The position numbers and the translations under genes were made by a program. From the NCBI GenBank assembly GCA_951406725.2, contig OX597824.1:26722001-26786000 (forward strand): a stretch of DNA of 64,000 nucleotides, given 5' to 3'. Every line of letters begins with the position of its first letter. The first letter of the stretch is position 1. The notes beneath the pieces are model-generated. The model was not told the DNA's origin. It was given only the letters and a program-made list of their open reading frames with translations, and did no database searches. This document shows positions 25,238 to 37,920 of this stretch, piece after piece. This DNA is from Octopus vulgaris (taxonomy: Eukaryota).

Positions 25238-26840
25238 TCTTCTATATTACCCACTACGGGGCGAACATATAAAGGACAATCCACAATATGCGGGGACATA
25301 CAAACAGAGGGAACAAAAATTAGAACCAATGTATGAAAAAAAAAATGACATGAAAAGTAAAATGAAAAATGGAATGAAGCCATTCTGCCCCACTTCATAG
25401 CAGTTTCATTTAAACCTTTTAAACTTCGTTCCCGCTAGAATATCGATTCCGGATTCTCCCACCAATTTCACCTCCCAACTCCCATATCCGCTTTTAAATC
25501 TTGTTATTTTTTTCTTTGTGTTCATCTGAGTACAACGCGCAACAGTGCCATCCCTTTATGTTGTCAAAACTCGTTCCAACTGTTTTAAAGTCTTCCCAAG
25601 ATAACACTTCTTTACACAGTGTTTCATTTGAGTCATCATACATTACTTGGGTAGAGTCTGGGTGTTGGGTAGAGTCTGACAGTTGGGTAGAGTCTGGAAG
25701 TTCTTGTCTGTTTGTACATTTTATGTGTCAGAGAGGGATGGACAGGTTTGGTGTCTGTAGGGGGAGGGTGGGTTGAAGAGGGTGTGGTTGGGGTTTGGAT
25801 GGTTATAAGGCTTAATTTTTTCTTTTTCTCTTGTTCCTTTTTCCTATTGTTTCCCATTCATTGTCTATTTCTATCTTCTCTACTTCTGTTGATAGTTTGT
25901 ATTCTTTCTTATTTTCTTGCTCTTTTGTGGGGGGATGAGGGGATCTTTCTCTTGTATCTCCTCCGTCTTTCTGGTCAGTGAAGGGCAGTCCACTCTAATG
26001 TGGCCCTTCAGGCCACATTTAAAGCATCGAAGGATTCTACCCTCCACCCTGATCCTCATTATAGCGTCGACCATAATTATTGTTTCTGTAATGTTTTCTA
26101 GGGTTTCGGTTCAATCTTGAAAAATCATGTCCAGTATCTGTCCCTTCCATATAGCACATAGCATTTTTGTAGCCTGGAGAACCGCTATGTTGTCCTCACT
26201 CCCCAGAAGGACAGCGGCTGCTATCCAGGCCACATCTATCTCTGGCGGATTTCCCTCCACCTTAACTCTGGTCGCACGTTGTCCACGGTAAGTGGGCAAA
26301 AGCACAACTTCTTTACTCTTAATGGTAGTCGCTGCGTGTTTTTTTGCTGTTGCCGCGTCCTTGAATCTTACCTCCACTACTCCGAACTTAGCACCTCTCG
26401 CAAGGTACTCAATTTCATGCCATATCGGTCCCAACGCCTTCTCCACCTGATCCGTGGTCACGACGTCAATCCTTCCTTCAATTATTGAAAACGTCTTGAA
26501 CAAATTTGTTCTTTCTTTGATATTATTAAAGGTCTCTTGCAGGGTGGGGTGGGGGGCAATTTAACGTCACATCCATCGAGACTTAATAAACGTTTGTAAT
26601 TTTCAAATTCACCAATATTAATATCATTTCCCTGGCACTTTGTCACGTCCACAAAGTTTCTCTTTTCTCCATTTAATTTTTCGTCCATTCTCTTGACCGT
26701 TTTCAAAAGCTTCTTCCTCTAAAGATGACATATCTGAATAGCTGAAGTCTTCTTCAGACATCTTTTTCACTAAGTCGACCTTCCTCTATGAGAAGCACAA
26801 ACAAAATTGCTGCAAAGCAGCACAGTAGCAACTAATGAAG
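25238..26840 (-). mobile_element. ORF1-only LINE derivative (Tx1/L1-like gag-type ORF1 with CCHC knuckle), about 1.6 kb
   Basis: Short 5' leader, a broken ORF from ATG 26761 to TGA 25406, and about 170 nt of 3' UTR. No endonuclease or RT sequence is visible. Confidence 0.7.
25406..26761 (-). pseudogene. Disrupted ORF1 nucleic-acid-binding protein with zinc knuckle
   Basis: MSEEDFSYSD..., an RRM-like stretch FGVVEVRFKDAATAKK...RVKVEGNPPEI, an in-frame TGA at 26113-26111, then IRVEGRILRCFKCGLKGHIRVDCP (CX2CX4HX4C). Several frameshifts; an 18-bp repeat x3 at about 25647-25697. Confidence 0.75.
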
Positions 26841-27143
26841 TGGTACTTATTTAATCGACCCCGAAAGGATGAAAGGCAGTTTGAAGTCAAAACGTAGCGG
26901 CAGACGAAATACCTATTTCTTTACTACCCACAAGGGACTAAACACAGAGAGGACAAACAAGGAGAGACATACGGATTAAGTCGATTATATCGACCCCAGT
27001 GTGTAACTGGTACTTAATTTATCGACCCCGAAAGGATGAAAGGCAAAGTCGACCTCGGCGGAATTTGAACTCAGAACGTAGCGGCAGACGAAATACGACT
27101 ACGCATTTCGCCCGGCGTGCTAACGTTTCTGCCAGCTCGCCGC
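26841..27143 (-). mobile_element. SINE A dimer with the second body truncated at the ORF1 element
   Basis: Full head + body + tail 2, then gtatttcgtctg...aagtacca joined to the 5' end of the ORF1 element. Confidence 0.9.
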
Positions 27144-27526
27144 TTTTGATACTCTCATTGGTGTTTACGATGCCTACAGTATAGCAGATAAAGAATTAGT
27201 GGGGAGCAATGGGAGCCTTCTTTTCTATTCACCTTCAACGTAGTCAGTTTTAAGAGAGGGTGAACAATGAAAGAAATGACTGGATACTACTGTCTCAAGT
27301 ATTAAGGCTCACAGAGCCAGTTACCCAGTTTCAAAGCCATATAAGTGACCGAGATTAAAATGCAGCCCTTGAGCGGCATGCTTGATCGTCGTATTTGTAT
27401 TCATTTGCCGGTGAGTGTCCTGGAGTGACGTAAAATAAGAGATTTTGTTCAAGATAACACGCTGCCCTGTCAGGGAATCAAAACCGCGATCTTGCTATAT
27501 GAGTACCACATCCTAAGCATTATCTT

Positions 27527-27888
27527 AATTGTTTCAGTTTCAATTATGCAGCGGCCATGCTGGGACACCGCTTTGAAGAATTTTTAGTCGAATGAATAGA
27601 CCCCAGTACTTTGTTTCAAATCTGGTATTTATTTTATCTGTTTCTTTTGCCGAACTGCTACGTTATAGGGACGTAAACACACCAACACCAGTCGCCAAGA
27701 TGTGGTGGGGGACACAAATATATATATACATACGACGGGCTACTTTGAGTTTCGGCCTTCCAAATCGACTCACAAGTCTCTGGTCGGCCCAAGGCTATAG
27801 TAGATGACACTTGCCCAATGTGCTACGCAGTGGGACAGAACCCGGAACCATGTGGTTGGGAATCAAGCTTTTTACCGCCCAGCCACGT
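27527..27888 (-). mobile_element. SINE family B
   Basis: Diverged reverse-complement match to family B. Confidence 0.8.
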
Positions 27889-28338
27889 GCCTTACGGCGC
27901 CGGTAATTTATTTATCGACCTTGATGGGATAAAATGCGAAGTCGACCTCGGAATGATTTGAACGCATAGAGCAAAACAAAAATAACATGTAGCAGTCACT
28001 TCACAGCTCTAAAAACCTCTCCCATTTCACCGACATGTTTTGAGCCATTTATTAATGTATTTGTCTGTTGGTTTGTTTTCTAAACAAACCCACAATGACG
28101 TCAGCGAAATGATTAAATTTTCTTTCTAAACAGAGAAGCATCACTAAAATATGTTTTTAAAAAATCAATTAGATTAAAAAAGAAATTCTTTAAATTAAGA
28201 CAACCTTTAATGCATTTATCAAAATATAATGGAATTACATCCAAAGATTTTATCTGCACGTGTGTTACTCCTTGAACCTATGTATATGTAAAAGTATGTG
28301 AGAATGTATGTATATGCATATGCATATGTATGTATGTA

Positions 28339-28375
<37 letters not shown>

Positions 28376-28423
28376 ATCTATCTATCTGCTAGCACATGTT
28401 TTTAAATATACATAGGCGTACAT

Positions 28424-28458
<35 letters not shown>

Positions 28459-28593
28459 GTGTGTGTACGTATGAAAATATATATGTGTTTGGGTCTTGTT
28501 TTTATTCGCCGACATAAAACTTCGATAAGTCTTAAATATAAGTTACAATTACACATAAACGTATAAAGTCATTCACAGGCATGCACATATATG

Positions 28594-28657
<64 letters not shown>

Positions 28658-28712
28658 CGGAGATGTACTTGCATAGCAAGTGATTTGATCTGAGATGGTG
28701 TGCTGAAACGAA

Positions 28713-28836
28713 AACAATTGCAGCGTGGAAGGTGCTTGTAAGCCATTTAAGAAACACACAAAAGCCGTTGGAAGTGAATCGAACGGCTTTTGTGTGTTTC
28801 TTAAATGGCTTACAAACACTTTCCACGCTGCAATTG

Positions 28837-28838
<2 letters not shown>
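28713..28838. repeat. Inverted repeat: 57-bp arms, 12-nt spacer, in a (TA)n-embedded module
   Basis: 28713-28769 versus 28782-28838 with 2 mismatches. A single-arm homolog lies at 51751-51814. Confidence 0.95.
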
Positions 28839-28897
<59 letters not shown>

Positions 28898-28926
28898 TAT
28901 ATACATACATACATATATATATTTAC

Positions 28927-28977
<51 letters not shown>

Positions 28978-29036
28978 TATATACATACATATATATATTT
29001 ACATATATATATATGTATATATATATATATATGTAT

Positions 29037-29081
<45 letters not shown>

Positions 29082-29093
29082 CATATATATATT

Positions 29094-29129
<36 letters not shown>

Positions 29130-29196
29130 CATGCATATATATATTTACATATATATATATATTTACATATATACATACATATATATATGTATGTAT

Positions 29197-29365
29197 GTGG
29201 CTGTGTGATAAGAAGCTTGCCTCCCAAGCACATGCTTCTGGGTTCAGTCCCACTGCGTGGCACTTTGGGCAAGTGTCCTCTACTATAGGTGCCACGCAGT
29301 GGGACTGAACCCAGAAGCATGTGCTTGGGAGGCAAGCTTCTTATCTCACAGCCACGCCTGCGCCT
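29197..29365. repeat. Fold-back duplication of a SINE B head: 67-bp arms, 25-nt spacer
   Basis: 29197-29263 versus 29289-29355 with 1 mismatch. Both arms share the private variant cctcccaagcacatgcttctggg. Confidence 0.95.
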
Positions 29366-29392
29366 GTATACATACATACATACATACATACA

Positions 29393-29482
<90 letters not shown>

Positions 29483-29534
29483 TTCATCCCCTTATTTCCC
29501 TGTATATTCCCTGTCTCCTCCTTTTCCATAATAA

Positions 29535-30356
29535 TCCCTTATTTCGAACGTAGTTAGTAATGAAGGAAGGCGAATATCATCAATTTATTCAGATGAGACG
29601 GCATTTCAAAATGCTGCACCTTATTACAATATAGTATTTAGGAAAAGTGGATTCGCGGAGAAGATCCAATATACTCAAGTTAATTCTAGCAATAATAGAC
29701 CACACAGAACAAGAACTAGGAAAGTTTTGTGGTTTAACCCCGCATTTGATATTGCCGTAAAAACTAAAATAGGTAGGGAATCCTTAAAATTAGTTTCCAA
29801 GTATTTTCAGTCTAGTCATAAGTTCTATAGAATATTTAATAGGAAAACACTGAAGGTCATCTATTTTTGTTGCAAAAACTTCGCCTCTTGTATTAGCCAG
29901 CAGAACACGAAACGTATTACAGACAACTACAGTGCCGAATCTAATCTGAGTTACTGCAACTTAAATGATCAGACTTCCTGTCCGTTGGAAGGCAAATGTT
30001 TTGAAAAAGGAATTGTTTATAGAGTCAAAGTCCAAGTAGATGGCTCACAAGAATATAAAACACACACAGGGGCTTCGGGAAATTCATTCAAGACTCCATT
30101 CTATTTCCACCGAAATTCTTTCCGATACCCCGAGAACAGGACAGCAACTTGTCTTGCGATGCATTTCTGGGAATTGAAAGAGAATGACACCCATCATTTC
30201 AATGTAACCTGGAAAATTCTAGAAAAAACATCAGCATGCAGACGTGGAGCTTATAAAAGACCTATGAAATGTAATCTTTGCCTCTCAGAAAAGTTCTTCA
30301 TTCTGTTCCGCGGAAAAAATGCTTTAAACCAGAGACATGAGTTCTTAAGTGTGTGT
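29535..30356 (+). mobile_element. Penelope-like element fragment: RT thumb/linker plus GIY-YIG endonuclease (possibly Naiad clade)
   Basis: One open frame of about 270 codons: RRISSIYSDETAFQNAAPYY...SG...RKVLWFNPAF...KIG...RIFNRKTLK, CNLN..SCPLEGKC..KGIVY...THTG...FK...HRNSF...T.LA.HFWELK...WKIL...CNLCLSEK...LNQRHE. Catalytic-motif residues are decayed and the frame runs into (GT)n. Confidence 0.85.
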
Positions 30357-30509
30357 GTGTGTGTGTGTGTATGAGTGTGTTTGTATGTGCATGTACTTGT
30401 GCTTCTAAGACTCTTGTAAACGTTTGCACGCACTTGGTGTGTTTTCAGAAGCGATCTTACTCGGTCACGAGCTGACTTCAAAACTTCCACAACACACACA
30501 TACGCACTC

Positions 30510-30588
<79 letters not shown>

Positions 30589-30844
30589 TATGTGTGTGTG
30601 GGTATATATGTACGGTTGATTCAGTAGGTTTATTGACATAGCTGAATCACAGTCAATGCGGATATTTGCGTCCCTTTCCTTGTAATTAATCATTAAAACT
30701 CTCCATCTATTTAGCTGTCTATTCTAACGAAGAGACGCACACACACACATGCACACGCACACGCATATATATTCATGTATGTGTATATATTTATATCGAT
30801 CTGTTTACCTATCTCGCATCGTTTCTTAAACTGTTCAGAGCTCG

Positions 30845-30891
<47 letters not shown>

Positions 30892-31160
30892 TACGTATTC
30901 CATCATTATCTCTTCCACTACAGGTCACTCTTTCCTTCTTTCTTTCTTTCTTTGTCATTTGTTTGCTTCTTTCTTTCTGTTTCTCACGTCGTCTTCCTCT
31001 TTATAATTTCTATCATATCCCCCATATATCTATGTATGTATGTATGTGTGTATGTATGAATGCATGTATTATGTATGTACCTACCTACCTACCTACCTAC
31101 CTACCTACCTACCTACCTACATACCTACCTACCTATCTATCTATCTATCTATCTACCTAC

Positions 31161-31228
<68 letters not shown>

Positions 31229-32028
31229 TCATTTGTCTGCCTATCTGTCTGTTTTCAATCTCTCTATCAGTCTATCTGTTTGTCTGTTTATGAACACACA
31301 TTGATATGTATCTGTGCATGTGTGTATGAATATGTCAGCGATATATATATATATCATACACACACGCACCCACACACACATATGTAGAAAGTGCGTGTGA
31401 TATGGTATGAGTGTGCGTATGCATCTATGTATCTCTCTGCGTAAAGCTTTCGTTCTCTGTATTTTCGCATCAGAATACGCGCATATATGCTCATGTGTGA
31501 GTGCTCTACGTCTCTATATCCATGAGTGCGTTTATGTAGGCGTGTTAAACCATCATCACTAAACAAAACTTTCCAAGTATATAATTTAAAAAAAGCAAAA
31601 AGAAACAAGGAAACAAACAGAAACAAAGAAAAAAAAGTAAGAAAACAAATGATTAACAACAAATTACAAAAATATATCAGAAAATAATATCAAACAATTG
31701 AGATTGATAGCAATATGGCGGATAGAAAAAAAAAAGTTGTAGGAGTGTTAAACGAACAAACATGGCGTCTGGCAGAGTTGTTTTTTTTTTCTTCTGTATT
31801 TCTGTAGTGCGTTATTTTCTTCCCGTATTTGTTTGGTTTATATTTCTGTTCAAATAATGTTTCACTTTGCTTATGTTTCAGTATTTATGAATTAATCAAT
31901 GCAGTGGAGGATTATTGAATTATCAGCGCTTAGTTTTATTTATTACAGCTTCTCCTGCTATCTCACGCAGAAACGCTCACGCGCACACAGCAACACAGCG
32001 CCATATTTGTATCACATACTTATACATT

Positions 32029-32101
<73 letters not shown>

Positions 32102-32360
32102 TGAATGCATAGATGTATGTTTTTCTTTGTGTGTGTGGCTATGTGAATTCTTAAATGAATAAAATAGAATAGGATTGTTTTTTTGTAGGTTACACACCCA
32201 ATATAATTTTCACTCATTGTGTATACTTTGTATGTATTAAGAGTAAGAAAAATAATAGGACTTAATATATAAGTATTCAAATGAGCACGTGTACAAATTA
32301 TAGATACACGCATATTCATGCATCTAACTATATACATACATACATACATGTATACAAACA

Positions 32361-32413
<53 letters not shown>

Positions 32414-32572
32414 GTGTGTGTGTGTATATATATATATATATAAATGTATTTATATATATACATATAAGAAATGCATAAATATGGCATTCTATGAAGATGT
32501 ACACATATATACAGATATATACGTATGTATACATATATATATATACATATATATATACATATATATATACAT

Positions 32573-32715
<143 letters not shown>

Positions 32716-32862
32716 TGATCAAAATAAAAACATGATGCCAAGGATTCAGCGGTACATATGTTTCGGGCCTTTATTAGACAGATTTATAACAATGCATAAT
32801 GTATGTCTGTGGCCGCGCACAACAACTTCCACAAGGGTCCATCTCGTTCTTCTCTCAATGTA

Positions 32863-32916
<54 letters not shown>

Positions 32917-33260
32917 TACATACACACACACATATATGTATATATATATATATATGTGTGTGTGTATGTATATATATATACAGATATATACATACATATA
33001 TATAAGAAATGTATAAATATAAAACTTTTTATGAAGATGTACACCCATACATATACACACACACATATTTAATTCTTAAGGAAAAAATCCAGAGAAATAA
33101 TTACCAGAGTAGCCAAATGTGACATAACCACTTCACGGTATTACTAACCGCAGATACATTGGTAACAATTCTAAGTAGAAGTGCGACATGTTCTGGAGGA
33201 TATTAAAAGAAGTGGAAAATGGAGACAAACGCACAAGATGTTATTCAAAATCATTTATAA

Positions 33261-33343
33261 GACTGACATATATGTTTCCATGGATACATTAAAATTAATC
33301 AGGAAAAATAAGGTGGAATAATGTATCAGTCTCATCAGGGTAG
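33261..33343 (-). ncRNA. Type I hammerhead-like motif with intact core nucleotides but imperfect stems
   Basis: Minus strand reads CTGATGA-gact-gatacatta...taatgtatc-catg-GAAAC-atatat-GTC. Confidence 0.5.
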
Positions 33344-33591
33344 ATATTAATATATCCACGTTGATGAGATTGATTTTTCTTATATATGTAAATATTAGTT
33401 TTTTTTTTCTTATTGTGCTACTGATAATAAATAGCAATAATAAGGAATTTATTGTGTTTGTGTACGAAACGGTCGTATAACGAAACGAATAGAAAATTTT
33501 TTTATTCCATATTAGCAGCTAATCTCCTCCATTTACGAAAAATATGATTGAATATGTCGAACTTCGTTCTATAGCTTAAATCATATACTTA

Positions 33592-33654
<63 letters not shown>

Positions 33655-33655
33655 G

Positions 33656-33723
<68 letters not shown>

Positions 33724-33745
33724 CTTCTCTCTCTCTCTCTCTCTA

Positions 33746-33797
<52 letters not shown>

Positions 33798-33896
33798 TTC
33801 AGCAAAATTTAGATTCTGATAAATATGGTACTTAAGTTAAAGGCACCAGAATTTGGTATGGTATTATCCATATAAATCAAATGGGGTGATTCATTG

Positions 33897-34067
33897 TATT
33901 AAGCAATGTAAGTATTACATCAGTTTTAAAATGTAGAGCAATCTTCAGCTATATATAGAATTCTTAAAATTTAATGGACAATATTAAGCAATGTAAGTAT
34001 TACATCAGTTTTAAAATGTAGAGCAATCTTCAGCTATATATAGAATTCTTAAAATTTAATGGACAAT
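33897..34067. repeat. Exact 85-bp tandem duplication in a (TA)n-bounded module
   Basis: tattaagcaatgtaag...aatggacaa repeated with period 85. Confidence 0.95.
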
Positions 34068-34079
34068 GTACATTTTATA

Positions 34080-34116
<37 letters not shown>

Positions 34117-34198
34117 GTGTGTGTGTGTGTGTGTGAGTATAAATCTCTCTCTCTCTATATAACATTAAAATTCTTATCAACATCGTCGTCGTCATCAC

Positions 34199-34276
<78 letters not shown>

Positions 34277-34714
34277 TTCGGGCTCCTTCTTCCCATTTTA
34301 ATCACCGAGTTCTATTCCCACTTCTTTGAGTCCTATTCGACTGAAGGTCAAATTCCTTTCCTTTACATCATTACTTAAACTTATCGCGGTACTGTTTCAC
34401 AGGACATGCAGTACGATTTCTATTATGTGAATTTGCTTAAAGTAAGATTTCACTTATCATCCAGCTCCTCCCTATTTTATATGTACCCTTCACAATTCGA
34501 TTGGAGTATATCGAATAACAATGAAACAGAATGCTGTGCATCAGCAAAATCACAAGCTGATTTTGCTCGCTTGTAACAGAAATATGATATTTGGTCCTCT
34601 GGTACTAACTTCAAGAACTGGGCCATATGAGCACACGAAGCAGCTAGAACTATGTTGCATTCTTGCTTCAAATCATAAGAAGAGTACCTTAAGTATCTGA
34701 GGTAAAGATTGAGG

Positions 34715-35120
34715 TGTGGCTGTGTGGAACGAAGCTTGCATCTCAATCACAATTTTTACTGCGTAGTAGCTTGTTCTGGTATCTTCTACTATAGTCTCAG
34801 ACCGACCAAGGCCTTGTGAGTGGATTTGGTAGACCGAAACTGAATGAAGCCTGCCGTATACATACATACAAACATTCACACACCTATACATATATATGCA
34901 CATGTATGTCTTTGTGTCTGTGTTTGTTCTCCATCACTGCTTGGCAACTGGTATTGGTGTGTTTACGTCCCCGTAACTAAACGATTCGGCAAAACCGACT
35001 GATAGATTAAATACCATACTTTTAAAAGATAAGCACTGGAGTCAATTTATTCGTTAAAACTTCTTCAAGGCAGTGTCACAGCATCGCCTCTGTCTAACGG
35101 TTGGAACACGTAAAAGTCCA
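34715..35120 (+). mobile_element. SINE family B, diverged
   Basis: gtggctgtgtgg...cttgtgagtggatttggtagac...gtttacgtccccgtaac. Confidence 0.8.
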
Positions 35121-35271
35121 AAGACGGGACTTTGCAGGGTTTGACACCAAAACGACCTGAAAGAAACAAAGCCAAAGTTGACTTCGGCAGTATTTGAAAT
35201 CAGAAGGTAAAGAGCCGGAAGAAATACCACATAACATTTTGTCAGACAAATTCTACCAGCTAGCAGTCATG

Positions 35272-35660
35272 TATAGGTAACATTAATCCCAATTTAATTT
35301 ACATATATGGCATAACCATCAATACATAATTTGTTTCTGATCAGATTGTATCTATATCTCGGAGGACGGTAGTATATTTTGCTCATTATCGACTAACGAC
35401 AGGAAGACTTAAATTGCAGGATTGAATTACAGGCAGAAATAATTATATCGCTCGGGATATATGTTATCTACAGCGATTTGAGGCATCGGCGGGGAATAAA
35501 ACAAAACCATTATCCAGGCTTTTGTGATGGGGAGTCGCGGAATTTCTGTTTCTGTGTCATAATAATGACACATGTGCCGATAAATATATCGGCTGTGATT
35601 AAGCAAGATAATTATCCTACATATGAATTTATAAATACAGCCCCAAAAAACACACAATCT
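35272..35660. repeat. Unclassified interspersed repeat, copy 1
   Basis: Homologous to 44785-45235 (aatcccaatttaatttacatat...gatcagatt...gctcattatcgact...gcaggattga..tacagg). Confidence 0.8.
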
Positions 35661-35665
35661 CTTCG

Positions 35666-35701
<36 letters not shown>

Positions 35702-35710
35702 ATAATTGTT

Positions 35711-35788
<78 letters not shown>

Positions 35789-36001
35789 GTATATATGTAC
35801 ATATATATATGTATATATGTATATATATATATGTATATATGTATATATATATATGTATATATATGTATATATGTATATGTATATATATATGTATATATAT
35901 ATATGTATATTTATATGTATGTATATATATATGTATGTATATATATATGTATGTATATATATATATGTATGTATATATATATATGTATATATATATGTAT
36001 G

Positions 36002-36086
<85 letters not shown>

Positions 36087-36161
36087 GTATATATATATAT
36101 ATGTATGTATATATATATGTATATATATATATGTATATATATATATGTATGTATATATATG

Positions 36162-36192
<31 letters not shown>

Positions 36193-36550
36193 GTATGTAT
36201 ATATATATGTATATATATATATGTATATATATATGTGTAAATTTATACGTATATATATATGTATATATATGTAGATATATATATGTATATATATGTATAT
36301 ATATGTAGATATATATATGTATATATATGTGTATATATATATATTTATAAATATATATATGTATATATACATACATGCATACACATACATATACACACAT
36401 GTGTATATATATATATTTATAAATATATATATGTATATATATATACATGCATACACATACATATACACACATGTGTATAAACCTTGATATAAAAACATGC
36501 CTACATATACCAATATATATATGCACGTATATAATATATGTATATATATA
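35666..36550. repeat. About 0.9-kb degenerate (TA)n/(TATG)n tract
   Basis: Directly visible. Confidence 0.95.
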
Positions 36551-36890
36551 TTTTTTTTTTACACACACTCACACAAATATATATATATTGCTATTAATCC
36601 AAGTGAGTGGACGAATAGAAGAAACGAAGTTGAATTACACAGAGAATATATTAGAACTAATTAGAAATTAAATATATTTAAAAATATGTCTTACCGGTTT
36701 CACATTAGATTTTCAAATGTGTGAAGCATATGGAGAGCTGTATCGTGAACTATCGCTATGTATGTATGTTTCTATGTATGTATCCATTTATCTAGCTATC
36801 TATATGTATGTATATATTTATACATGTATATGTACATATGGGTGTTTTGTATGATATATATACATATGTATGCATATGTATATGTACATA

Positions 36891-36952
<62 letters not shown>

Positions 36953-37059
36953 TAAAAAATGGAGTTAACGCAGGTGTAAACAAATATTTTTACTTTCGAC
37001 ACATGGTAACTATTTATTTATTTTTCCGTGTTAATTGTTAACAAGGTAAAAATACACTC

Positions 37060-37125
<66 letters not shown>

Positions 37126-37237
37126 ATATGTATATGCATATATACATATGCATGTACATACGTATATACGTATTGATTTATATGTATGCGTACGTGTGTG
37201 TATGTGTGTATGAGTCCTGTGTCCTAGTAAAGTTGTC

Positions 37238-37474
37238 TGTTGTGGCGAGAGTCACAACACCCCCTGCGATAATAGACCTGACCGAGCGACTATAAATAGT
37301 AGCGGACTGTGTGAGATAGGGATAGAGTAGGCGTTAATCGCAGATAGTCGTAAGGTGTCGTTTTGGTAGTTTGTCGGAATATCGTTTGTTGGTTCGTGTA
37401 TAGTTCGTGGCGAGTTTGTTGGATTGTTACGTTGTTGTTACCCTGCTTCGTTATATGTTTATTGTTTCTACACG

Positions 37475-37518
<44 letters not shown>

Positions 37519-37920
37519 ATTTGGCTCAAAAGCAAATAGCAAGGCCATGTAGGGGGACATGGAGTTAAGTACAGGGTGGTGTTCATGTAAAGAGTTCAGG
37601 CCACTTGAGGTCAAGGGAGGCTTTGAACAAAGCGGTCGTCGGCATCTTCACCATCTCGTCTGGCAGCTTGTTCCACGGATCCGCAACCCGGACGGAGAAA
37701 GCTCCTCTCCTTCGATTGAGATGAAATCGTCGCAGGTAGAGCTTTTCGGAATGACCCCGCAGCCGACGCTCTGGAGCAGGAGTGAAGAACAGCTCTTTCG
37801 AGAGGTTACACTTTCCGCTTATGATGTTGTGGGCGAGAATGAGATCACCACGGCGGCGGCGTTTTTCTGTAAACAAGTATCATCATAAATTGTGGCGAAA
37901 CTACAATAATCGGCGACGAG
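37238..37920 (+). mobile_element. Gypsy-type 5' LTR plus primer-binding site, interrupted by a CR1 insertion
   Basis: Starts tgttgtgg, has TATAAATA at 37291, ends ctacaata (37908), and is followed by atcggcgacgag, resembling the tggcgacgag PBS of Mag-like Gypsy elements. Confidence 0.55.
37475..37870 (-). mobile_element. 5'-truncated CR1-clade LINE 3' end with (TAAC)n tail
   Basis: RRRRGDLILAHNII...RLRGHSEKL...RRGAFSVRVADPWNKLP...FKASLD* is the typical CR1 ORF2 C-terminus, followed by a short 3' UTR and (TAAC)n at 37475-37518. Confidence 0.9.

Noticed and set aside
26111-26113. In-frame TGA in ORF1 as possible selenocysteine or readthrough
   Set aside because: The same ORF has several frameshifts, so ordinary decay is the simpler explanation.
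35612-36568. 318-aa ORF and the many other YI/CV/HT/LSIY-rich ORFs
   Set aside because: They are translations of dinucleotide and tetranucleotide microsatellites.
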